Origin: Vampirovibrionaceae bacterium NZW_1234
GTDB lineage: Bacteria > Cyanobacteriota > Vampirovibrionia > Vampirovibrionales > JAGQHJ01
Reading direction: 5' to 3'
NCBI GenBank assembly: GCA_041697335.1
Contig: JBGUGD010000031.1
Span: 32,001-96,000 of the forward strand
DNA length: 64,000 nt
Position numbers and translations under genes: made by a program. Within the stretch, counting starts at the first letter, position 1. Each line of letters begins with the position of its first letter. A model generated the notes under the pieces. That model made no database searches, was not told where the DNA came from, and saw nothing but the letters and a program-made list of their open reading frames with translations. Below, one piece after another: positions 9,908 to 19,664 of this stretch.

Positions 9908-10527
9908 AATGCCTATTTATAAGATATTTTTGCTTATATCACTGATGTATTGGCATTATTCCCATAGTTCAAGACTTTTAATCACCAAAAAGGCTTATTT
10001 AATGATTCCATAAGCATTTTCATCAACACACCCCAAAATTCGCTTGGATCCATCGACGTGTTAGGCTTTTCCAGGACAAAATAAAAAGTCCACAGAGGGT
10101 TGGATTCCATGACCCAATTCTCTGCGGACTGCCTGAAAGGCTTCCCCAACACATGATGAAAGAAAAAATTGAATGTCCTTTGTTCTCGAAAAACCTTATT
10201 TCACCCTGACGAATACGTTTGCATAGCGTGGCTGATGATAACACCCCAAGTGCATGAATACCCAATAAATGACCTGTTCCACCTTACCCATCATATTTAT
10301 CACTCGGCCAACCTAACTGTAACAAGTGCCTGTTTAAAAAATCAGAATTAAAACCAGAACTCTGATTTTAAAATTATATCGATTTGAGTCCTACTTGTCG
10401 AGCGATAGTAACGTTTTGTTACAGCACTTTCGAACAATTAACGTAGAAATTTTACGACGAAACAAGCCTTTTGCACATTTGAACGGGGTAACCGACTCAG
10501 CTGAAGCATCACTTCAATGGTAATAGT

Positions 10528-11547
10528 CTAGCCATCCGAACGCGTCCGCTTGGGTTCCCGAGACGGGTTATTACTGGGTCCAAGCACATTCCAGAACACA
10601 ACGGTTCCCGCCCCATGCCGGTCTCGGCACAACTCCCATGCCTTTCTATCGTAGTTGGCACATGAAGGAAAGGGTGTCGCCATTCGCAGTTCCTGCTCCA
10701 GTCGTTTGGGATGCCTGATAATTTTTGCTCGCCCCGGATCCGCAATATCCATTCCAACCTGAACACCGATAATTTTTGTTTTCGGGTTTTTTAGGCCTGC
10801 CTGGAGCCCTCGGGTTAACACACCACTGGCCGCAGCAGACCAAAGCTCATCAATTGGCCCCACCTGATCCTCGACCTGTTTGATGACTCGGGCTAATACC
10901 GACTCTGCCAGAGAGGATTTTCCTCCCACTTCCAGGTAATGACGACCTGGAGCCGCTGTACTGAAGCGTTTGGCATGAGATTCGAGGACATTCAAGAATC
11001 CATGGGGAACCTGCTTCACCGTAACATGTGGCCCACCAAGGCGAATCGCCTCTAACGTCCTGGGATGAAGCTGCTGGCGCTTGGCGACGAACAAGGTGAC
11101 ATGCTTTCCCGTTAAGCGGGCCATGGCTGCCAGAGCCACCTGAGCCCCTCCCCAGGTGGTCGATGGATAGACCACATGATCGTGCTGGGAGAACAGATGA
11201 ACAAAGAATCGTGACTTCGTGCCTCCCGGCAGGCGATCATCGCGAACCACAAAGACCCCTTCGTGACGCTCCACTCGAGGAGGAGCAAAGAGAATCTCAT
11301 CCAATAGGGCAGCTCGGCCCGGATCCAGTTGGCGCAATCTGGGCAGAACGGCTTTTCTGGGAGCACCCAGATAAACCGACCGAATGATATCGGATAAGGC
11401 CTGTGTCTGTGCTTTTGACAGGGGTGAGAGCGTCGACACCTGATCCGTTAATGCTACCTCCTCAGAAACACCTGCAGAGGCAACGGATTTGGTCTGGCTG
11501 CTAAATCTTGGGGCAGTCCCCAAAAAGGAAACGCGATGAATGGACAT
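10528..11547 (-). CDS. PLP-dependent fold-type II (PALP-like) enzyme with N-terminal leader (PRFSS)
   Basis: VVRDDRLPGGTKSR (PLP-binding Lys), WSAAASGVLTRGL phosphate loop, NYDRKAW, VVFWNV. Confidence 0.7.
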   Translation of the reverse strand: MSIHRVSFLGTAPRFSSQTKSVASAGVSEEVALTDQVSTLSPLSKAQTQALSDIIRSVYLGAPRKAVLPRLRQLDPGRAALLDEILFAPPRVERHEGVFVVRDDRLPGGTKSRFFVHLFSQHDHVVYPSTTWGGAQVALAAMARLTGKHVTLFVAKRQQLHPRTLEAIRLGGPHVTVKQVPHGFLNVLESHAKRFSTAAPGRHYLEVGGKSSLAESVLARVIKQVEDQVGPIDELWSAAASGVLTRGLQAGLKNPKTKIIGVQVGMDIADPGRAKIIRHPKRLEQELRMATPFPSCANYDRKAWELCRDRHGAGTVVFWNVLGPSNNPSREPKRTRSDG

Positions 11548-11556
11548 AGGCGTTGA

Positions 11557-11880
11557 TTACGTCGATAAGGATTGCTTGGGAATATTATCGGCAAACACCG
11601 GTGCCGTGCGAAAGGGAACGATTTGAACATCCTGCCAGACATTGCCCCGGACATAGGGATCATTGTTGTACCATGCGTCAAAGGCAGCCCGATCCGGAAA
11701 ATCACAGATGATAATCGAGCCGATCATCTGGCCCTCGTCATTCAGCAAGGCCCCGCCATGAATCATATGGCCTTTTGCCCGTAAATCAGCCACCATTGCC
11801 ATATGGGCCTCCCGAGCGGCCAGACGCCGGTCCAGGGCCTCGTTGTCATGTCCATCATACGCAATTACGGCAAATTCCAT
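11557..11880 (-). CDS. YciI family protein
   Basis: RLAAREAH, GGALLNDEGQMIGSIII, DPYV motifs; AAGGAG SD. Confidence 0.92.
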   Translation of the reverse strand: MEFAVIAYDGHDNEALDRRLAAREAHMAMVADLRAKGHMIHGGALLNDEGQMIGSIIICDFPDRAAFDAWYNNDPYVRGNVWQDVQIVPFRTAPVFADNIPKQSLST

Positions 11881-11978
11881 GGGTCGCTCCTTCTGTCAAT
11901 GGCCTGTCTACTCTGAACTGATGGCGCTCACTGTATAGCATTCGGACGTTGAGATCAATACGGCAGAACGGCCAAGCC

Positions 11979-12791
11979 TTAAAAGAGCCAGAAGCGGCGT
12001 CTTGTTTTGCTCGCGTCGCTTGGCTTGATAAACACTTGCGAGAAGGGGCCTTCTCGGGCCGACTGCACAAAACCTGCCCGGATCAATGCTTGTCCTGCCT
12101 CTGGGTCTCCGCGGTAGGTACCGATAATCACCATACTGCCCGGCTGCAGATTTTGAAAAAGTGCCTGTGTCACCCTGGGAATCGTTTCGGACTTGTCCTT
12201 AAGCAGGTACCAGGCATTTCGGAAGAACACGACGGTACGGGGTGGAAATGTCCCTTGAACGTCTTTGACAAAGTCACCCACCTGAAAATGGACCGCTTGT
12301 TTCAGCTCCGGAGTCACGAGGCATCGGGTACCGGCATCAGCGGCAGTGGGTATAAAAAACCGTGTCAGCGGGGATTTCATCCCGACCTCATGATAACGAT
12401 ATTTCTCGCGCTCGCTCAGGGAAAAGCGGCCTTGCTGCGGCGCTTCAAGCACCGTGTCACTCAAGTCACGGGCTTGGATCGGCATATATTTTTGAGCCGC
12501 ATCCCGAGGCAACCTGTCGAGGAGGGCCATTGCCACTGAAAACGGCTCCGACCCGTCAGAAGCGCCATGACAGATTAGATGAACCGGCTCCTGACCCGGA
12601 AAGTGCTTCTCCAAAAATCGTGGCAACTGCACAAACAACCCCTCGTCTCGAAACAGACTGGACACGTGGATCAGATCAATCCGACGACCATCCGCGTCCT
12701 GGACGACACTGGTCTCACGAGTGCCTTGAAAAGGAATTCTGGAACTTCGAAACAGGCCGGAATCACCGGGTGATGAAATGGCAATTTTCAC
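11979..12791 (-). CDS. CheR-type SAM methyltransferase catalytic domain with PFQG leader
   Basis: SSLFRD, HGASDGSEPFSVAM, ARDLS, VFFRNAWYLL and LQPGSMVIIG match the CheR C-terminal domain; the N-terminal helical domain is absent. Confidence 0.8.
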   Translation of the reverse strand: MKIAISSPGDSGLFRSSRIPFQGTRETSVVQDADGRRIDLIHVSSLFRDEGLFVQLPRFLEKHFPGQEPVHLICHGASDGSEPFSVAMALLDRLPRDAAQKYMPIQARDLSDTVLEAPQQGRFSLSEREKYRYHEVGMKSPLTRFFIPTAADAGTRCLVTPELKQAVHFQVGDFVKDVQGTFPPRTVVFFRNAWYLLKDKSETIPRVTQALFQNLQPGSMVIIGTYRGDPEAGQALIRAGFVQSAREGPFSQVFIKPSDASKTRRRFWLF

Positions 12792-15755
12792 TTAGGCCTC
12801 AGCAGCACGTTCTTTTTGGCGACGCAGTTTTCCTGAGGGATCGCTAAAAAATGCCCCGGCAATGGTTTCAATCTCCCGACGCAGATCCGCCGGGATATGT
12901 TTTTCCGCAAACGCCACGGCTTCAGGACCAATCAACTCCTTGTCCATGGCCATGGCTTCCGTCACCATCGCGCTCATGCGCTCTTCGCCCACCGCAGTCA
13001 TTATGGCTTTTGCCGCTTTCATCCCCTCTTTAATCACATGGTTCATCAGGCGGGTTTGCGAGGGCGTCAAATCCTTTTCCGGGTCCAGGACATCCAGCGC
13101 ATAATTATTATCGAACATGGCATAGGTCAACATCTGACGGAGTTGTTTGCGAACCTTGTCAATGTCGCTGGACAAACCGGATGTTCGCCCCAGATCGCCG
13201 TACTTGGCTTCTTCGGCAGCAACACCGCCCAATAACATTAACACCCATGCCAGGTAATCGCGCTTGGTTTTGCTGAGTTCGCTGATGCTTCTCGGATCCA
13301 CCACAACCCGCCCCAGCGACTCGTTACGCTGGAACATGGAAATGACAAAGGGCTTAATCCCACCGGGAATCCCGGCCAGCATGTGCCCAAATTCGTGACG
13401 CCCGGTTTTTTCCACCTCCTCCGCGGGAGGCTTGTTCAGGGAGATGTCCCCGAAGACATTGGTCTGAAAACTTTCAATACAGTCTTCCAACGTGACTGTG
13501 GTTCGCTCGGCTTTCAAGGCCCGATCGGCAGCCCCTTTGATGACGGCTTCCAAGCCATCCCCAGAGAGGCCACGACAAATAGAGGCAACTTCACCCAGAA
13601 CCGAGTCATTCTCAAAAGACAGGCCATCGGCGTTAAAAATCCGCTTGGCGTGAATTGCCAGGATTTCCTGACGTTCCGTGTCACTTTGGGGATTGCCGAT
13701 ATGGATGATATGGCTGAAGCGCTTGCGCCGGGTCAACAGTGCCGGATCCAGGAGATCCTTGCGATTGGTGGCGGCAAGCACGACGATGTTATCGGATTGT
13801 TCAAACCCATCCATTTCCTTGAGCAGGGCGTTCAGCGTGCTTTCTCGCTCGTCACTGGCACCACTGCCCGCGCCATCCATTAAACGCTTTTTGGCAAGGG
13901 AATCGATTTCATCGATAAAAACAATACAGGCGCCTTTTTCCTGGGCTTTCTGGCGGGCCTGCTGGAAGAGATCCCGGATGCGGCTGGCACCAACGCCCAC
14001 GTACATTTCGTTAAAATCCGATCCACTGAGGGATACGAAGGGCACACCGGCCTCACCGGCCAAGGCCCGAGCCATCAGGGTTTTGCCGTTTCCGGGCGGG
14101 CCTTCCAATAATATGCCCCGAGGCAGATCCACGGGCAGCTTCATCACCCGTTTTTTGATTTTCTGGAGCAGATCGGTGAATTTCTGCTTGGCAATATGGT
14201 TACCACCCACATCGGAAAAGCGGGTTTCAATGTTTTCTTCCATCTCCGCACCGCGGTGCTTGCCGAAATTATCGGCCCGCTCCAGATGCTTCAACTGACG
14301 GTCAAGGAACTCCATCTGTTTTTTGGCGAGCTTACTGTTGCCGCCGCCACGGTTTGCCAACTGAATGAGAATCGAAATGGCAAACAACGCCAATAGTCCT
14401 CCCCCAATCAGTGTCCCGGAATTAATTCCACCGGACTCGGTGGGAGCTTGTACGGTTGGTACCGTAATCACCGGCGGTGGAGGTTCTTCTGCAACCAGAG
14501 TTACATTGGCCTGCTGGAATGCAGGTGTCAACCGGCTTTTCTGAGCCAGATCCACATTCGGCAAAGTCATGACTCGAGAGGCTTCCTGGGGTGTCCCTGG
14601 TCGTGTGGAGAAGACATAGGTATAAAACCCGTTATTATGGGAAATTTCTTTGACGACGGGGTTGAGCCTGTTTTGCTTCAATGCCTCAATGGCTTCATCC
14701 ACCGTGGCAAAGCGATTGCTTACCACGGGTGCCGACTCGGATGTGACCGGTGTGGTCGAGGCATTTTTTGATGTCCCTTTCGACGTGGGGTTGGCGCTCT
14801 TGGTTGCCGGAGGCGTAGGTTGCGTTGAGCCTGTTTTTGATGACGTGGACGCAACAGGCGAGGCATTGGGTTTTTGAGACGATTGGTTAGACAGAACCGC
14901 AATACCAATCGACAGCGGGATGACCGTGGCCAATAAAATCCCCAAGCGCCGAAGCGCCCCAGGCGCTATTTCCGTCGTGCGGGCCTCGCCCATAAAGGGG
15001 GTTCGCGTCGTCAGCTTATGATCTTCATCGCGTGGAAAAATATCGGGCCGATCGGCTTTATACGGCTCCTGTTTTTCCGGGGGCAGCTGGGACACTTTAA
15101 ATATTTCTTCCGCACGCTGGGTTAAATACAGTCGGTGAACAATGCGCACGCTGGACGGATCTTTATAGGCCGGGCTGGACAAATCGGCCCGTTCACCGGT
15201 AGCCGGATCCACATACTCCTCCTGCGGCATTAAAATCCGGGATTCAATCAGATTTCGGGTCATCAGGATTTGAGAGGTGCGATTGCGAAACCCGAAGTGC
15301 GTATCCAGCGCCCAGAGGTACTTGCTGCTATAGGCTTTGCCGGGATCTTTCTGTCCATTGAGATAGCCTGCTGGTCCCTGCCGACCATCCAGGTGAGCCC
15401 GGTTCTGAACAAAGTAGGCCAAAATTTCCTTGCCCGTTACCGGGCGCCAATCATCGTTCATAAAGGAGGTTTCGAGGAAATCCTCGAAGTATTCGGGAAT
15501 ATGCAAAAAGGGTTTATCCACTTCCGGTTCCCGATTCAAGCCTGGAAAGAGTTTTTGCCAGATCGTTTTCCGAGGCTTATTCTCCGGCGTTTCTCCGGCA
15601 TTGGGAATACCATCCGTTGGGTTGGCACCAAAACGAACGGGAGGTCGAAGTGCAGTAGCAGCAGACATCCCCCGCTGAGGCTTGGCCCCACCTGTACTGA
15701 AGGCCTTATGTCGCTGGGTCGCAACAGAATAATATCCCTGAATCACGTCCATCAC
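12792..15755 (-). CDS. ftsH: FtsH-like ATP-dependent zinc metalloprotease with long N-terminal extension and PVRFG leader
   Basis: Two TM helices, Walker A GPPGNGKT, pore MYVG, Walker B VFIDEID, SRH AATNRKDLLDPALL, HEFGH zinc motif, LGGVAAEE. Confidence 0.9.
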   Translation of the reverse strand: MMDVIQGYYSVATQRHKAFSTGGAKPQRGMSAATALRPPVRFGANPTDGIPNAGETPENKPRKTIWQKLFPGLNREPEVDKPFLHIPEYFEDFLETSFMNDDWRPVTGKEILAYFVQNRAHLDGRQGPAGYLNGQKDPGKAYSSKYLWALDTHFGFRNRTSQILMTRNLIESRILMPQEEYVDPATGERADLSSPAYKDPSSVRIVHRLYLTQRAEEIFKVSQLPPEKQEPYKADRPDIFPRDEDHKLTTRTPFMGEARTTEIAPGALRRLGILLATVIPLSIGIAVLSNQSSQKPNASPVASTSSKTGSTQPTPPATKSANPTSKGTSKNASTTPVTSESAPVVSNRFATVDEAIEALKQNRLNPVVKEISHNNGFYTYVFSTRPGTPQEASRVMTLPNVDLAQKSRLTPAFQQANVTLVAEEPPPPVITVPTVQAPTESGGINSGTLIGGGLLALFAISILIQLANRGGGNSKLAKKQMEFLDRQLKHLERADNFGKHRGAEMEENIETRFSDVGGNHIAKQKFTDLLQKIKKRVMKLPVDLPRGILLEGPPGNGKTLMARALAGEAGVPFVSLSGSDFNEMYVGVGASRIRDLFQQARQKAQEKGACIVFIDEIDSLAKKRLMDGAGSGASDERESTLNALLKEMDGFEQSDNIVVLAATNRKDLLDPALLTRRKRFSHIIHIGNPQSDTERQEILAIHAKRIFNADGLSFENDSVLGEVASICRGLSGDGLEAVIKGAADRALKAERTTVTLEDCIESFQTNVFGDISLNKPPAEEVEKTGRHEFGHMLAGIPGGIKPFVISMFQRNESLGRVVVDPRSISELSKTKRDYLAWVLMLLGGVAAEEAKYGDLGRTSGLSSDIDKVRKQLRQMLTYAMFDNNYALDVLDPEKDLTPSQTRLMNHVIKEGMKAAKAIMTAVGEERMSAMVTEAMAMDKELIGPEAVAFAEKHIPADLRREIETIAGAFFSDPSGKLRRQKERAAEA

Positions 15756-15980
15756 TCACCCTTATGTTCACATCCCACTTTTTCAGAAGTGAATCATATT
15801 GGAATACAAACCGAAATAAATGTACACCTTGGATCGCATTTTTATCGCATTGTGTTTACATTCATTTACGCCCACGCACCAAAGCACACGGCTTTATACT
15901 GCGAGAAGCCCATATCCGCAGAACAAGATTGGCAACAGAAATTGCCACTTCCGCAAGAAAAAAGGGTGAGAGACGACTTC

Positions 15981-16784
15981 CTAAACCAATGTTTGTATTG
16001 CCGCGTGGGTGTTTATAAAGGCTTCCATTGCGGTGACCAAAGCCACAGGCGTTTCCACCATGGGATAGTGCCCGGCATTTTGAACCACCTGCAAAGAGGC
16101 TTTAGGGAACCACCGCAGAATAGTATCCTGGATGAGTGGCGGTGTTACAGCCGGATCGGACTCGCCTACCAAGACGAGAAAGGGTATCCCTAGCCCCTGC
16201 ACATGGTCGACAAAGCTGGTTTGGGACCAGGCCGTCAGATAGGCATCAAATGCCTCGGGCGTTGTTTGTTCCAGAGAGCGTTGGGTCATCACATGGCCAA
16301 ATTGCGGTGTCAGACGATTGCCGGTGGTATGCATCAAGATTGCATTTCGGCTTTCCGCCTGGGATTTTGCACTGCGAAACAGAGCTTCGGTTTGCGCATC
16401 AAAAGGAAACCCGCAAGCAGGGACCGGGGTTATGCCAACCAGGCTTTGAATACGTCCGGCATAATGTGCGGCCAACCACTGCGCCACCATTCCTGCCATG
16501 GAGTGCCCAACAAAGTGAAATTCACTCCATCCAAGGTGATCCGCAACAGCAACCGCATCCGACGCCATTTCGGCAATGGTGTACTCACCCGGAGTCTGCC
16601 GGGAAAGGCCATAGCTGCGAACATCCATAAAAGCATAGGTAAACTGCGAATGATCCAAAAACGGAAGAATAGGATCAAACACCGAGCCATCCCCCAACCA
16701 ACCATGCATGACGATTACATGTCGGGAACCCTGACCCACGAGTCGGAATCCAACACCTGAGGGGGTAACGTTTTCTTTGCTCAT
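15981..16784 (-). CDS. Alpha/beta hydrolase
   Basis: VMHGW oxyanion motif, GHSMAG nucleophile elbow, GESD acid, AGHYP histidine. Confidence 0.92.
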   Translation of the reverse strand: MSKENVTPSGVGFRLVGQGSRHVIVMHGWLGDGSVFDPILPFLDHSQFTYAFMDVRSYGLSRQTPGEYTIAEMASDAVAVADHLGWSEFHFVGHSMAGMVAQWLAAHYAGRIQSLVGITPVPACGFPFDAQTEALFRSAKSQAESRNAILMHTTGNRLTPQFGHVMTQRSLEQTTPEAFDAYLTAWSQTSFVDHVQGLGIPFLVLVGESDPAVTPPLIQDTILRWFPKASLQVVQNAGHYPMVETPVALVTAMEAFINTHAAIQTLV

Positions 16785-16898
16785 ACCTTTACCTTTGGTC
16801 CTTCCTTACCGATGCCATCGACATTGATTCAACCCAATTCTAGCAGGAAGTCCGGCGCTTCCCTACTCCCCTACTCAAAGACAAACAAGGTTGAACGT

Positions 16899-17624
16899 CT
16901 ATGAACCTGGGCTTCGGCGCGCCGCATATTTTTGAAAGCGCGTGTTTAAAAATGCCAACAGCTTGGATTCGCCGTTCAGATAAAAAGACTGACGAATGCC
17001 ATCAAGGGCCGGTTTTTCATCCAGGCCCAGCTTTCGGTAAAATCCTTCGGCACCCAAGGTCGCATTTAAAAAGAAGCCTTGAGCCCCTTTCTTCAGACTT
17101 TCAATCACCCCATGCGTGGTCAACGCTGCACCCACCCCGGTATAGTCCGGCGTTGACGTCATCATCGAATTACATCGGGGATGAATGCGGATGCCATTCA
17201 GGTAGGTTTTACGGAGGCCATCGGTTATGTCCACCAAGGAATGATGCAAAGCCACCACACCCAAAATCACCCGATTAGGCAGCATTAACTTCAACACCTC
17301 GGTATTGGGTGGTGGTGCCTTAATGACGTCCCGCCACCAGTCTCGCCACTTCATATTGGCAGCATAGGTGGGTTCACCCGGCGGTTTCGGATTGTACCAA
17401 TCGTCCACCTCTGCCGCATCCTGAGGCTCAACGGGAACAATCGACACGTCCACCGAATCACCGCGGCGTGTTTTTAGGGGGACCACCCCTTGCCAGAACC
17501 GAGGTGCCCCGGCAATCCCGTTAAGTTGATCCGGCAGGGCCGATTGCCCACCAAAGCGAGCTGATGGTCTCAACAGCATCGGTGTGGCATGTGCCTTGGG
17601 TTTAATGAACATTTGCACCAACAC
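16899..17624 (-). CDS. GNAT-fold acetyltransferase with ARFGG leader
   Basis: YTGVGAALT (acetyl-CoA loop) and AEGFYRKLG motifs. Confidence 0.7.
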   Translation of the reverse strand: MLVQMFIKPKAHATPMLLRPSARFGGQSALPDQLNGIAGAPRFWQGVVPLKTRRGDSVDVSIVPVEPQDAAEVDDWYNPKPPGEPTYAANMKWRDWWRDVIKAPPPNTEVLKLMLPNRVILGVVALHHSLVDITDGLRKTYLNGIRIHPRCNSMMTSTPDYTGVGAALTTHGVIESLKKGAQGFFLNATLGAEGFYRKLGLDEKPALDGIRQSFYLNGESKLLAFLNTRFQKYAARRSPGS

Positions 17625-17660
17625 GAAAAATAATCCTCGATTCTTAAAAAAGCGATTGTG

Positions 17661-18725
17661 TTAGGCTGCGGGAGACACCGGTTTATCCGGCCCGGAAGCC
17701 GAGGCATCCGGGACAGAGGGCTGAGCCAACACCGCTTCTGCGGCGGCAATATTGGTACGAATCGCCGCAACCGATTTATCCCAGGCCAGCTTTTCATCGG
17801 CCGACAAGCTTAGTGGGGCAATGGATTCCACCCCATTCTCACCAATGATAGCGGGCACGCCGGCATACAAACCTTTATCCGGGCCAAACTGATCATCCAG
17901 TTGTACGGAGCACGGCAAGGTTTCTCGGGTATTATTAAAAATGGCATTGACCATGCGCGCAATGGCCGCACCAGGCCCATGGGCCGAGGCCGACTTAATG
18001 GCCTGCAACAGCTTGGCAAGGCGCCCACCCCCGTTAATCGTGGCATCGGCAACAACTTTCTGCTCGTCCGCTGTTAATGCTGTTGCAGCAGGTTGTCCAT
18101 TGACCGTGGTCATGCTGAACATCGGGATCATATTGTCGCCATGCTCACCCAATACCCATGCCTTAACGGACTGCAAGGGCAGATTCTTTTGGGATGCAAT
18201 GGCTTCCTGCATCCGAGCCGAATCCAGAATACCTCCCATTCCCATCACCCGATTTGCAGGAAAACCGGTCAGCTTTTGCCCCATGAAACTCATCACATCC
18301 AGGGGGTTTGAGACCATAATCACCTTGGCCTTGGGAGCCCGTGTCTTGATGTTGTCACAAATGGTGCCCAGAATCTTGGCACCCATCGCTAAAAAGTCAC
18401 TGCGGCTTTCTCCCGGCTTGCGGGCCCGTCCAGCGGTAACCACCACGATATCGGCATTATCAATGACCGAATACTGATCACTGCCATAGACCTTGGTATG
18501 GGATCCATTCGCCGCCGCAGCCTGGGTTAAATCCAACCCTTTGCCTTCCGCCACGCCCGGTTGAATATCGAACAGGGCAATTTCATCACAGGTCTTATTA
18601 TGAACCAGCGATGAGGCCGCCGCACTACCGACATTTCCAGCGCCAATAATAGCGACTTTACGGGGTTTTGACTGTTCCGTCGAGTTTGTCCCAAAGCGAA
18701 GTAACTGCAGTGCCTTCATTTGCAT
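17661..18725 (-). CDS. mdh: Malate dehydrogenase (LDH-like MDH) with LRFG leader
   Basis: IIGAGNVG, AEGKGLDL, TAGRARKPGESR (Arg specificity residue), SNPLD, LDSAR, GEHGD. Confidence 0.92.
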   Translation of the reverse strand: MQMKALQLLRFGTNSTEQSKPRKVAIIGAGNVGSAAASSLVHNKTCDEIALFDIQPGVAEGKGLDLTQAAAANGSHTKVYGSDQYSVIDNADIVVVTAGRARKPGESRSDFLAMGAKILGTICDNIKTRAPKAKVIMVSNPLDVMSFMGQKLTGFPANRVMGMGGILDSARMQEAIASQKNLPLQSVKAWVLGEHGDNMIPMFSMTTVNGQPAATALTADEQKVVADATINGGGRLAKLLQAIKSASAHGPGAAIARMVNAIFNNTRETLPCSVQLDDQFGPDKGLYAGVPAIIGENGVESIAPLSLSADEKLAWDKSVAAIRTNIAAAEAVLAQPSVPDASASGPDKPVSPAA

Positions 18726-18763
18726 GCCTGGCCCCTTTCACATTCCCATCATCCCAAATAAGG

Positions 18764-18800
18764 GTGTCATTATACTGCTAACATTGTCCGCTGTTAATGT
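18764..18800 (-). promoter_or_regulatory. Sigma70-like promoter upstream of mdh
   Basis: Minus strand reads TTAACA-17 nt-TATAAT about 45 nt before the ATG. Confidence 0.5.
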
Positions 18801-19011
18801 ATCCATCCGGATCAACCCAATGCTGACGGATACGGATATCTTTTTGGATCGTTATTGAAGCGCTCTGGATAAGGGAAACGGGATTATAAACATTTGTAAC
18901 GATTTGCTTAACAATTTGCACGATTCTCGCTTCACGATCGTTATTTGAGTGGAATTGATAGACACACGTATTCACGACACACCCACCACCCATTGGAAAG
19001 GATACACCCCC

Positions 19012-19566
19012 ATGAGCATTACCCTCAACTCTGGCGTGCGCTTTGGCGCACAATTCGATCAGTCCAAGCCCGCAAAAACGGAATTTGACGTGTTTGGCAT
19101 GCCCGAAAACAACTACGAAAACAAGACCAACAGTAAAATCGAACTCGTCGATATGCTGTCCGGCGCCCCGGTTGACTCGTTACTGAACGTCAAAGACCCT
19201 GAGACCAAACAACCGTTGATTACAGCACAAGACGTTTTCAACTGGACCAAATATGACCATATGGTCAATAAAAGAGACTGTCCGGCCTATACCCGCGTCA
19301 AAGTTAATCCGCTCATCGCATTGGCCGCTGGACTTGCTCATGGCGCCGACTTTGGTCGTTGTGGCTGGAGAGCCCTGGACTTAGGGCCTCTGAAGCAGGA
19401 GTTTCCACGAGTCTTTAATGCCGTTGCGACTCGCGTCGGCAAAAAGATTGAAGAACTGAAAAGCCTGAACGCGGCTACAGCAGGGTTATACCCCGTTATC
19501 GACTTTATTGCCAAGAACACCGACAAGTACTACATGGACGGTGATAAAGCCGTTTTAATGGACTAG
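19012..19566 (+). CDS. Hypothetical protein with VRFG leader (MSITLNSGVRFGA)
   Basis: GGAAAGGA SD before ATG 19012; terminator after the stop. Confidence 0.8.
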   Translation: MSITLNSGVRFGAQFDQSKPAKTEFDVFGMPENNYENKTNSKIELVDMLSGAPVDSLLNVKDPETKQPLITAQDVFNWTKYDHMVNKRDCPAYTRVKVNPLIALAAGLAHGADFGRCGWRALDLGPLKQEFPRVFNAVATRVGKKIEELKSLNAATAGLYPVIDFIAKNTDKYYMDGDKAVLMD

Positions 19567-19589
19567 CTTTACTTTTAAACCCACTTAAA

Positions 19590-19621
19590 AAAACGCCTCC
19601 ATGAATCCATGGAGGCGTTTT
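19590..19621. terminator. Bidirectional intrinsic terminator
   Basis: AAAACGCCTCCATG-AATC-CATGGAGGCGTTTT between convergent genes. Confidence 0.85.
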
Positions 19622-19664
19622 CGGTTTTTTAAACGGGTTATAGAGTTTTCCAGAGATTCGATCA

